A stretch of 64,000 nucleotides of DNA. It comes from Octopus vulgaris (Eukaryota). The stretch is taken from positions 55,242,001-55,306,000 of the forward strand of contig OX597814.1 of the NCBI GenBank assembly GCA_951406725.2. Reading direction: 5' to 3'. Within the stretch, counting starts at the first letter, position 1, and each line of letters begins with the position of its first letter. The notes under the pieces are model-generated. The model searched no databases and was not told the DNA's origin. It worked only from the letters and a program-made list of their open reading frames with translations. This document shows, one piece after another, positions 52,701-64,000 of this stretch. Made by a program: the position numbers and the translations under genes.

Positions 52701-54679
52701 CCAAGCAAAAATGGAAATGAAAGGATAAAAAGGTGAAAGAGTGAGGTGGGAGGAGATACTGTATGATTGCAGTTTGTTGATAGGTTACCAAGTTCATGGG
52801 TACTTTGCCCCTCACACTTCTCACTTGAACTATAAAATCTCAATACTACCTACTCACACACACACCATTATGCTGACATACAACATATGTAGCTACAGCC
52901 ATTGCTATTGGGCTGATACTATTATTGTTGTTGCTGCCAGTTGGTTATTCAAAAATTGGTGTGTTGATGGTGGTGGTGGTGGTCATACTGTTCTTGTTAA
53001 TTGTATTTTTACTGCTGCTTAGTCTCAAATCAATCCTCATTGGTCTAAGAGCAAAGACATTTCATTCAACTTTCAAAATACACTAGATGCTACACTATCG
53101 TGTGTGAATGCCTTTTATTTTAGATAGAGTTGCTTATTTTCTTCATACAATTGTTGCTACTGTTATTGGTTATTAAGAAGTTGATGAGTAGGTGATGGCA
53201 ATGTTTGTATTAGTGGTGGTTGTGTTGGTGATAGTGAAGGTGGATATATAAACTGACAGACAGATAGATACTCGTTCTGACCCAAAGGAAATTACATTAA
53301 CACACACACAAAAACATTCACAAGTGAAAGTTCCACCTCACACTCCATGTTTATAGTAACACATACACAAAGACTTGCATCTGAAAGACCAAAAACAATG
53401 TCCAAAGCTACTATTCGGAATGTTCATGTTGGATAAGATAACTTCCTAGTAAATTCCTATTCATAAACTGTAGCAATCACACACAGCCAGTAATCAGAAA
53501 GAAGTAGTGCATGGATCTAATGACAAGACAAGTAAAAGCAAAATTGCCTCTTATCTAAGGCTGAATATAGCTGTGGTTTCCTATTGCTTTCTGAAGCCCA
53601 CTAGATTTTAACTCAGCAAAATGGACCTGATCTTCCTTATGGATACTAACAGGATAGAAATTAATCTATGAACCAGTATTTTGACAATCTGTCGACTATC
53701 TAGGTGTGGTTATTCATTAATGAACATAGCAAAAGCATTATGAAAAATTTGACCTTACATTAAATCAGTAACTAAACTAACCAGTTTATGGATGCATTGT
53801 AATCTAACCATTACATCAGTGATTTGAAAGAAACAAATAAATATATAAACTGAAAATAAGTTTGATAACACTTAAATAAAAAAGCATACAATAATGAGAA
53901 TAGTCCTGACAGAAGAAAGAAAGGAATTCACCATGCATGAACTACGAAGTGATAAAGGGCAATTCCATGTTTTACTGACACAAACAGGATTTCTATTTTT
54001 AAAAACACAGCTGTTGATATATTAACTCTGTTAATCCTACTGCATTACTTGACAAAAAATACTTAGTAAATTGCAAGATCATGGCAATATTTTCATAATA
54101 AATTTCTGCTATCTATATACAGTCATTACAATCAACTATGATCATATGAAAGTACATCAGTTCAGGAAAGAAAAAATACTTTACCAATAAAATTTCAAAG
54201 TTCTTTAATTTAACAATAATTTTCTATATCACAAAGAGTACTTGAACATGAAATGCATAGCCAGAATTTAAGTATATTTTCAAAGAAATTAATGAGGTTA
54301 CTAAAATAGTGGAGTTACAGCTGAATTCAAAGAGTTCAGAGTATAATAGGAATATAGCAGAAGGGAAAGCTTTCTAAAGGACTGCAACCTTCAACATAAA
54401 ATACTGTATGTAATAATAATAAGTCTATGGATGTTAGCAGATGAAGGAGGACTGTCCAGAATATGTATTCCCATAAGGTAGCTTTGGTGAGAAAAGAGGA
54501 GGAAGTAATCAAATGCTCTGGATCTTCTGGTAAAGATTAAAAGAACTGTTTACAGCTTCAAATTTCAATGTTTATCAATTCATGGGACAATGAATAAAGT
54601 ACTAAAAGTGTAGCAGTACATCATCAGCATTAAAGCTTTAGTGTGTGTGTGTATGTAGAGAGAGAAAGAGAGAGAATAT

Positions 54680-55540
54680 CATTATCATTTAACATTTGTG
54701 TTTGTGTTCCATGCTAGCATGGGTTGGAAGACAAAATCCTTCAAATGAGTCAGGGAGCAATGATGAGAGATGTGGTTTAGTGTCAGTTGTTGAAAGGCTA
54801 AATTATGATAGAAGAATAGGAACAGGTGTCTTGCTGTAGAGAAGATACATGGCTACACCAGCAGGAAAAGAGAAAGTATGGTAGAGATATGTCAAGACAT
54901 ACCTGCAGGTTACAAGAAGGTGGACATAGTTGAGAATAGGAGCAGAGGGTAGAGGATGGGTACATGGGTAGGTTCACACAAATGTGAAAGAAGAGTGATA
55001 GATGGTTAAGGATGGAGATAGAATGAATGTAGTGAATGGTGAACATGGGTGGAAGCATCAAAGATGAATCTCTGTTGAGAAGCAGCAAAAATAAAGGAAA
55101 ATAAGAGTGATAAGCAACAGCAGTGCAATGGTAGAGAGCAACAGTAAAATAAAACTATAAATAGATGATATGAATTGTTCCAGGAGGTGAGAGAGGACAG
55201 AGTCAGAGGTGAAGAGTGCACAAAGGTGGATATAGTGTATGACAAAGAAAAGTGAGGTGGGTGATGGCAGATATAAGATGATGTTTAGGGAGAAAAAAGA
55301 TATTCAGTAGAAAATACTGTGGAAAGAGATGATACTGAGAATGCTGGATAGATGACAAGAGCCGTAATTCCCAAGAGAGAAATAACCTGGTAGCACAAAA
55401 GTGGGGACAAAATAAATGCAATTCTGCTTTCATATAATTACAGCAGCTGTGTAAATAGTACTATAGTTAGAAGAGTGATGGAGAGATAGGTGTTAGGTAG
55501 ATGAATTGTAGAGGAAGGCATAACAAATTGGGTATTGAAG
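54680..55540 (-). mobile_element. RTE-type 3' tail with a purine-rich (plus strand) UTR segment
   Basis: ttccatgctagcatgggttgga tail followed by a GA-rich tract, as at 18490-19620 and (inverted) 24200-24900. Confidence 0.5.
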
Positions 55541-58019
55541 CACAGACATAAATAATATATGTATGTGTGTGTGTGTGTGTGTGCATTAATAATATTCAAA
55601 TTTCCTTAATATCCTCATATTTTTTACTCACTCAAAAACTGTGGCACACCTGCAAATCATACACAGCTCCCAAGTGTGCCATGACAGAGTGATTGAAAAT
55701 ATCTGATTTAGAGTCCACATTGCAAAAGTGAAATATAAATAAACAGTACAGTTTATCATATGGTTTTATAATGCATAAATTATTAATAAATTTAATGTGT
55801 GTAGCCTCAGCTCAACTCTAAGAAAATATATTTATCCATTCTTAAGAGAACAAGGTGAACTTTGAAGGAGATTTGATTGCTTATTCTAGCAGATTGAACG
55901 ACTGTTTAGAACCCACCCACCTCATTTGGTTTGTGGCTAAAATTAGCTATTTCATGACAAAATGTCTGATTTAATCATTGTCCAAGCATACAGATAACTT
56001 TTAATATAAACTTTTCATCTAATGTTCTTCAATAAATTGATAAGAGGACTTAAAAAAAATTTGAAATAAGAACCAAAGTGACTTTTGAATTCAACTTTAA
56101 AATGATACATTTCATAATAATTTGGCAATAACATTGACAACTTTAAGTTTTGAACCAGTTATATACAACTGCAGAGAATAGTTATATAAACTACAACCTA
56201 AAGTGATAGTTTATAAAGTATATTAAGCTTCTGGTGTATTTTTTCTCTATATCACAGCAAATTCTGAAAAATGTTATTTGGGGTTAATTGAAAATTAGAA
56301 CAACAATATCTTGAAATTGAATGAAAAGATTGTCAATATCAGTTGACTGAGAGTTGACTTTGCTTTTCATCCTTCAAGTGGTTGATAAAATAAGGTACCA
56401 GTATAGGGTTAATATAATCAACTACACCAATTCCTCCTTAAATTCAAGGCTTTCTACCTAAGTTAGAAATAAATACTAGTATAAATGAATAAAAGATACA
56501 AATATAAATCTGAGAGCAACAAGATAACAAACAATTTCTATTTCATAAACAATTTCTATTTCATAAACAATTGAAAATATTTGGATAAAATTTTTTCACT
56601 ATCTCACATATAAAAGTGCAAGTACATATATAAAATGCATACATTTTATTTTATTTTATTTATTTATTACTTTGTAATAACTGACTATTTGCTATTAATA
56701 CCAACTTGTCTAGCTTATCAAAGCACACTTGTTGACTTACTATAAGCTATTATGTTATTGGGAGGGAAGGGGGGTTCTGCAATCAATAAAGCATAGAAAA
56801 GTCACTCAGAACTGATAAGAAAAACATCCAGATTGTATTAGTTTGAAATAAGAAGAACCATGTTTAATAATCTAAAACTCAGACAGGAAATCCTGAATGT
56901 AATAAATATATCTAATACAATGAATACTATGTCTGCATAAGTAGTAACAACAACCCCCTATCCACCCCCCAAAAAAAACAAAGAAGGAAAAATATCACTG
57001 ACAAATAATAATCATAACAACACAAAACTTAAAATTCTGCAAGCTTTACAACATCGAATGATAAAGAAAAAAAAACACAACATAAAGAAGACAAGCTAAA
57101 ATAAACTGCATAACAAATATAGAAAATTAGAAACCAGACATGAAAATAAAATGACAAATTCCATTTCTTACAGCCAATATTATGTTTTACCATGAAAACA
57201 AACCAAGGCAAACAGAATGTATCCAAAGTACTTCTTCAAAAATATTTTCTATAATTGAGTTGATGTGATTAGAAAGTAAAAATACAATTTTACAACATGA
57301 ATTCAAAAAGAGAGAAAGAAATAAAAATCGAATATATGAAAATAAATTACGGAAAAAAAAATCTTTTTGTTATTTTACCCATGAAATAGTTTATTAAACT
57401 GAACCGAATAGTATTGCAAGTAATTAAGACAGAAAAAGCTAATTAACAAATACATAATGGAGATAGAAGTCACTAACACACAAACAGCACAATACGATGA
57501 TAAAAAGAAATATAGGAAAAAAAAAAAGAAGAAATCAACTCTTAGCAAACTGTAACAAATGATTGAAGAAATATAAAATTTTAAATAATATAAATAAATT
57601 TCCATCAATCTGGAAACAAAACCAGCCAAAACAATGTATAAGATGTTTAAATTTTTTTTTTAATTATAAAGTGAAATAAAATGGTATATAAATAGCCATT
57701 TTGTTATTAATTGTTGACAACTCGAATAATTTCATGAATGGGTATGGTTTATTGACATAACTCAATATATTATCAGTACTTATTTTATTGACCCTGATAA
57801 ACAAAAGGATTTGAAGTCATTGTCGAAAGCTAAAACTCAATATAGTAACATTCATTTAGGCACATAGGTTTTTAATTTCTGCAGTGTACTCTTCTAGTAA
57901 TTATGGTAATTGAAGTTATACATTTCTGAGATAAGCTACCCAATCATATTTAATACTTCTATATATGCTTCTGTCATTCAACTTTTCTGCCCACTATTTC
58001 TAGGAGGGTCATAGGGGTA

Positions 58020-58245
58020 GAGTCCTCAAGCATCTCCTCCATAGAGTCCTATAAGAAGTAACCTTCATTAGACTTTCCAGCTGAATTTCCAAGCATGACC
58101 AACTGAGACTACAGATATTATCCAATCATCTCAGTCTTGGTGTATCCCTTAGGCCTCCTGGCAGTCGGCTCAGCTTCAAGAATCACATGTTCAAAATAAA
58201 AGAGCTGTGACCTCTCAATGTGGAGAAGTAGTAGCTTGAGGTGTG
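58020..58245 (-). mobile_element. RTE-1/Expander-like LINE 3' fragment
   Basis: LLLHIERSQLFYFEHV...EPTARRPKG matches the PLLLHIERSQLRWxGH...RRPRGRP consensus. Confidence 0.8.
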
Positions 58246-58381
58246 GTTGATTTATATAATATAAAACTGAGAAGGATAGTCTACAGCTATAATAGTTCAT
58301 TAATAATTTGGCTAATTTGGTTTAGCAATGATTAGTTTATTCAAAATATGAATTTTATTTCCTAATACATACATATATATA

Positions 58382-58427
<46 letters not shown>

Positions 58428-58428
<1 letters not shown>

Positions 58429-58703
58429 CGTTTAAATATTTGTTGTGCAAGATTTTTTATGTGAAGTCGTGTGTTGAAACAGATATTGTTATATTTCGGA
58501 ACGGTCATATTGCCAGTTTAGCCAATAAAAACACACGCACTATATATTTGGTGTTATTTTGCTTCAGTGTTATTTATTTTTTACATTAATCTTAATCTTA
58601 TTTCGGCCAGAGTTCTTTCGTCACACTCCTGTGACCGCATCAGTGGTCCTTTGTTTTCTTCTTTCTTATTTGTGTCTCTCCTTACTAACCGTCAGCCATT
58701 TTG
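58428..58703 (-). mobile_element. Penelope-like 5' fragment inserted in (TA)n: hammerhead followed by an ORF start
   Basis: Flanked by TA repeats; hammerhead-like motif at 58605-58649; ATG at 58508 opens MTVPKYNNICFNTRLHIKNLAQQIFKR. Confidence 0.6.
58605..58649 (-). ncRNA. Type I hammerhead-like motif with a variant core
   Basis: Minus: ggacca CTGATGC g GTCAC aggagt GTGAC GAAA Gaa C TC tggcc. 5-bp stem II, stem I cca/tgg extended by gg/cc; A9 reads C. Confidence 0.6.
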
Positions 58704-60340
58704 TATATATATATATATTACTGAAAATCTTAGAAACTTGGATTTTATTAAGAAATGATACATGAAGTTTACTGAGAAAATAAGCATACAAATAACAAAC
58801 ACAGTAGCTTAGGCTTAATGCTAAGGTTTTCACTGGTAGAAATTAATAGTCTCCATTACAAAAGTAATTTAGCATATGCTATAGACTGGACAGAATCCAA
58901 TGTTAGTAAAAAAAATTAAGGAAGTACAGAGCTTATAGATAACTAAAGAAATATTTATCTAAAATAAATTAACTTTTCAGTCATAAATGAGCTGGCGTTA
59001 GACATTAAAATATAACCAGAGAATGGTAAAAGTAGTAATAATTGCAAAAATAGAATTTATGTCTAATAGAGATATAGAGAATAAGTAAAGGATATGAAAA
59101 GCATTGTCAACGATGTGAATTAAAAAGGTTATGACAAGTAAATAATTTGAAGGACAATTTGAATAAAATACATAGCTGAAAAATATATAGTCGAAAAACT
59201 AAAGGTGAACATTTTATAAGCCAAAGGGTTTTATGAAATGAAGTGACAACTGACAAGAACAGCTGAAAAGGATATGTATTTCAGTTTCAGCTAAATGGAA
59301 TAATGGCTTTGAACCATAGTTTTAATGATGACAAAATTGGCATAGCTTCATCTAAATCATTCTCATATCCCTCTATAACTAGATTTTGTCATAATTTGAA
59401 TTTATCTTTTACATTAATGTTAGTATTCAAAAACATTCAATAACTTATGTTTGATATCAGTCAGCATGTTTGAATAGATTTGGATTCAATTCACAAAAAT
59501 TTAGAGTTACAACTTAATTACTTGGGTAATAAACAGGATTTTTAAGAGAACACCCTCCATGATAACCTAACAATTAGGCTACACTAATAATAAACATTAA
59601 TAACTACTTTACACTATATTATCAAACAAAAAATATAGTTCCATACAATAAATTCTTAAAATTCAATTTAAGAAATTAAATCAACTTAAAAAAATTAAAA
59701 TTAATTTCCTAATTTGTTTCATTTCCTTCTAAAATAATCTATCTTCTTTTTTTCATATTCATAGAAATTCAGACAAGTTAAAATAAAAAGAAGCTAATTT
59801 TCTTATTAAGTCAATGAAAGGATATAACCACTTTCTCTCAGAATGATAAGAGTTGAAGATATGAAAACATGATTTCAACACAACATATGAACATATATAA
59901 GAAAAAGAAAAAAAGAAACAAGAAAATAGTAAACACATCCATTTGGGAATTTTTTTCTTTTTTGTACAAGATATTAATCAAAAGTTTACATTAGAACAAA
60001 AACAAGATTACAATAGAATGCTAGAACATTTTGATTGTCAAAAAGAAAGTAGCTCTCTTTATTTTTCTATAATCTATAATGTATGTGTACAATTAAAATA
60101 ATTTTATGAATCGCAGGAAATGTAAAAAATTAATCAATAACAATTTTGGAGTAATCAATTGACACCTATAAAGAAAAATAGTTGTATCATAGTGCTGTTA
60201 TGATCTTGTTATTGGTGAATATTTTTTACTTAGTGTTTTGAGGAAAAGATTTGGGCATAAATTTTTATTTCAATATTTTTGGAAGTAGTTATTACTTGAG
60301 TAGTAACAGCTGATTGAAGTATTAACCTTATCCTTTATGT

Positions 60341-60762
60341 CAGTGTTTCCCAACCCCTTTTCACTCTTATAGAAACTTTGCAATACATTCCATGTCTCGG
60401 GGAACCTTTGCATAAAATTCATTTCATAAAGTTATTTTATAAGAGATTAAACAAATTATAAAGCTCTTTTGAAATGTTTGGCAGGGCTAAACCTGTAAGA
60501 TTTAGACCAAATTCTCCTACAATTTCCTATTAAGGAGTCATTTTACCTATAGGGTTTCCTTAATAAATTCAGATGACAAAATTTCTCTATCTTAAGGAAT
60601 ATGCAATGCATATAGAATAAAATCATAAAAAGTGGAATTGAACAAAAACGATTTTAAAAAATTACATCTCCATATAATTAGTCTGTCACTTTTTCTCACA
60701 GAAACTCTAGTGACCTTTTGAGGAACCTGGGGTTCAGGAATAACCCTATTTGGAAAATGCTG
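60341..60762. mobile_element. hAT (Charlie-like) MITE
   Basis: cagtgtttcccaa ... ttggaaaatgctg; degenerate 8-bp TSD ctttatgt / cttcgtat. Confidence 0.65.
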
Positions 60763-61064
60763 CTTCGTATCATATTAACATATTTTTCAATCAGTAAGAG
60801 CTTCTGTTCTCAACTGGTGTTGTACTTTTACATATAAGTACAGGATTGAACTTGTAAACAATCAACAAATTTACAATGTGATGGACAAGGAAATGTTTCA
60901 CTTTTGCTGAATACAGGGAACATATAAACAGGGAATATTCTGACAGAAACAGTGTGTTTAGAAACCAAAAATGAAATCTGCCATTCTACTGAACAATTAT
61001 ATTCAATATCACAACCATAACAATTCTGCTCTGGTAGAACTTAGACATGCTGTAAGATCTAGAG

Positions 61065-61210
61065 TAGGCATGGAAAATCTTTTTTGAGAAGGGTGCCACA
61101 TGAGACATTGCTCATTGTTAGAAGAGCCACACTTTTAAAATGGTTAACAGTAATTTTTTGTTTTGTGTACCATTCAGAAAGTCTCATAAGCCACAGGTTG
61201 CCCATGACTG
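61065..61210. mobile_element. hAT MITE
   Basis: taggcatggaaaa ... gttgcccatgactg; 8-bp TSD atctagag / atctagac. Confidence 0.7.
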
Positions 61211-62245
61211 ATCTAGACTTTAAAAATCCTCAATTTATTTATGTAAGTAGATCAAAATAACTAAATCATAGACTAATTGTGGCAAAGCTAAATTACTACA
61301 TTGTAGCTTTTAAGAAAACCTTTCCTTAAGTATTTAATATTATCGCACTATTTATATATAAATATACTGCTATTAATAACAGCAGAGCAATCAAAATGAT
61401 ATTACTGTTACAAGTATGTTTTTTAATCACATATAAATATAGTCATTATGAATATGTCTTTTCTCAAACATAAATATAGTACCATTAAAACTATTGCTTG
61501 ACTCATACATAAATATATTGCTATTTAGATTAAGTCAAGAATTACATTTTAAAACTATGATACTTTTAACAGATTATAATTCAAAAGCAATATAAATAAT
61601 GTAATTAGTTATAAAGTTAGTGATTTTCTTCTGAACTTTTTACTTATTTAACAGAAAGAAAATCGTAGCACAATGCTCAAAGCATCTTTTTGCTGAGCAT
61701 TCAAGTCAACATTATATTTTGTACCTCTGTAGACTTCATCAGACTCACAATAGCCATAGAAACAGTTCGGCACTACATTTTCAATGAACATAATAAAAGC
61801 TACACAATTAAAACTCTGAGCCTCTGCAAATTCAAGCCTCAAAATAATGCACTTCCATTCCTCCTGTTGTCATTACTATATTTGCCACTGTACAAAATAC
61901 CACACTAAATAATTTGTTCAATTCCATGTCCTACCAGTGCCCTAGATTTCCTGGCCTCTCAATATCTTCAACACAGAAATTCAAGTTGAGTGTGAAAAGT
62001 ATCATCCTTGAAAGACTATGGTCACAGGTTCTTATTTTCAAACTAACTAGTAATTATTCTTTTAAACTGACCTCCTAGCAATTACTCAGAAATACTTCAT
62101 ATGACAACTTCACAAAGAAATCTCCAACACAAAATAACCTTCATCACAAAGAAACCTAAAAAAAAAAAAGGAATGTAAACAGGTGGAACAGTGAAAAATT
62201 AGGTTAAATCTCCATTACAATTCTTTCTCACACTTCTTTAAGATA

Positions 62246-63516
62246 CGAGGGGCGTTCAATAAGTAATGCCCCTGACCCACTTGCAGTTGTTTGATCTAGC
62301 TGAAATTTTGCATGTGCACTTATTTATACCTCTATAGATTAAGTGGCGAATTACAGCTCTGAACTAATTGTGGTTTCTGATTTACAGGTGTTTGAACTGA
62401 GTCAAGTGTGAAATGGAGCCTGTTGAGTGTCGAGCAGTGATCTGGTTTTTGCATTTGAAAGAACGCACACCACAGGAGACTTTTGATGAAATGAAAGTAA
62501 CTTATGGTGATGATGCCCCATCATATGACCTTGTAAAACGCTGGCATTGTGAATTCAAACATAGTCGGAACTCTGTGGAAACAGCTCCCAGATCTGGTTG
62601 CCCCCTTCTGCCGTTGATGAGACGTCTGTCCATCAAGTTGAGGCTGCCATTTTGGAAGGTCAACGCATAACTATTTGCCAAATAGCCCATAAGGTCAAGA
62701 TTAGTACCGGGTCTGTGGAAACTATCATTCATGACCATTTGCATATGCAAAAGGTGTCTGCCAGATGGATTTCCAGGTTGCTCACACCTTTCCAGAAGCA
62801 AGAACGCGTTGAGTGCTCGAGGATGAATTTGGAGATGTGCCAAGAAGATGAGTCAAAATTTTTAAAAAGACTGATCACACAGGATAAAACCTGGGTCCAT
62901 CACTATGATCCATAGACCAAAGCCCAGTCAATGCAGTGAAAGCACCGTAACTCACCTCCTCCAAAGAAGGCAAGGGTGCAGCCCTCCGCTGACAAGGTTA
63001 TGCTCACAGTCTTCTGGGACCAGGACGGAGTAGTGATGACAGATTTCCTGGAAAAGGGTACCACAATTACAGGAGCCTATTATGCTTCACTTTTGAGGAA
63101 ATTAAGAGAAGCTATCAAAATCAAGAGGCGGGGCAAGATCAGCAAAGGCATCCTCCTCCTGCAGGACAACGTTCCGGTCCACAACTCGCGTGTCACCAGA
63201 TCAGAAGCACAGGCGTGCAGCTATGAACTCCTCCCCTTGCACCCTCTGATTTTCACCTCTTCCCAGCCATGAAGTTGATTTTGAAAGGAAAGCGTTTCCC
63301 AGATGATGCAGCCTTGATTTTCTGAAGTCACATCGTGGTTGGAGGACCAAGCTGGGGTCTTCTACAAAAACGGTCTCCAGAGCTGTATCAAACGGTGGGA
63401 GAAATGCATAACTCTGGGTAGTTCCTATGTAGAAAAAGACTAATAACTGTGCCAAGTGTCGTTGCTCTACTGCTATGGGAAGTGGGTCAGGGGCATTACT
63501 TATTGAATGCCCCTCG
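62246..63516 (+). mobile_element. Full-length mariner transposon (irritans-type), transposase pseudogenised
   Basis: TA|CGAGGGGCGTTCAATAAGTAATGCCCCTGACCCACTT ... AAGTGGGTCAGGGGCATTACTTATTGAATGCCCCTCG|TA; 37-bp TIR with one mismatch; 1271 bp long. Confidence 0.97.
62413..63443 (+). pseudogene. Mariner transposase pseudogene
   Basis: MEPVECRAVIWFL..., WISRLL (WVPxxL), ITQDKTWVHHYDP, LLQDNVPVH, LAPSDFHLFP with HPPYSPD deleted, ends YVEKD*. Frameshift near 62600 and stops near 62913 and 62937. Confidence 0.93.
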
Positions 63517-63860
63517 TAAAATATTATTTCATATTTATTTCCAACATTTCCGTTATACCAAGAATATTGTTTAGTCACAGGCTAACAATACTGATCAAGA
63601 AACATAAAATCAAAGGGATTCCAGTCATAACCATCCTGTAAGAATACACAAATGTGTCTTTCTTTGTTAAAAACAGTTAAGTGACATTTGAGGGAAATTT
63701 GGTTGCAATTTCTTGCAAATTCAGTAATTGCATAGAGGTCTCCATGTTGGCTTGATCAGAAATGTTCTGCAAAACAGCTTAAGCAAAGAATATGACCTTT
63801 TTCATTGTCTTATCTCAATACCTCAGCAACGTGTGAAGCAATGGAGACTACTGACTACAT

Positions 63861-64000
63861 CAGTGGTTCCCAAACTTTCACTACCTTTTATTTAAATGAG
63901 CTTTTCCATGAATCCCTTTTAATATGCTTATCCTTATGTATATATATATAAATATATAAAATTTTGAATTTAGTTCCCAGACACCCCATACTACCTTTGC
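63861..64000. mobile_element. Start of a hAT-type MITE (runs off the window)
   Basis: cagtggttcccaaactt terminal motif. Confidence 0.45.

Noticed and set aside
61648-61908. Overlapping ORFs as the missing MAP2K7 first exon
   Set aside because: No similarity to the MKK7 N-terminal coiled coil or D-sites and no convincing exon boundaries.
1-64000. CRISPR arrays, rRNA, bona fide tRNA genes or prokaryotic operons
   Set aside because: None seen; the sequence is eukaryotic and the tRNA-like boxes belong to SINE heads.

Overview
Eukaryotic, very AT-rich, microsatellite-dense genomic DNA. The SINE/RTE repeat families and (TA)n/(CA)n load point to an octopus or other coleoid cephalopod (inference). 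The only host gene I can support is a minus-strand MAP2K7/MKK7 (hemipterous-type JNK kinase). It has 11 coding exons from 34982 down to the TAA at 16424, all with GT-AG introns and consistent phases. Its first exon was not found, so 34983-64000 appears to be one intron of at least 29 kb. The rest is mobile DNA: a full-length but dead irritans-type mariner, an internally deleted piggyBac, a Tigger relic, a non-autonomous Helitron, several RTE LINE fragments (one with three C2H2 fingers), hAT/TTAA MITEs and tRNA-derived SINEs. The most interesting signal is a set of Penelope/retrozyme-like fragments carrying minimal type I hammerhead ribozyme motifs (62-98, 21.7-21.8 kb, 43.0 kb, 45686-45730, 58605-58649), often in fold-back arrangements. 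One has an inversion breakpoint 6 nt from its predicted self-cleavage site. There is also a dense dsRNA-forming cluster at 43.3-46.1 kb, a candidate 3'UTR intron and a candidate 39-nt cassette exon. All calls are by eye; no searches were run.
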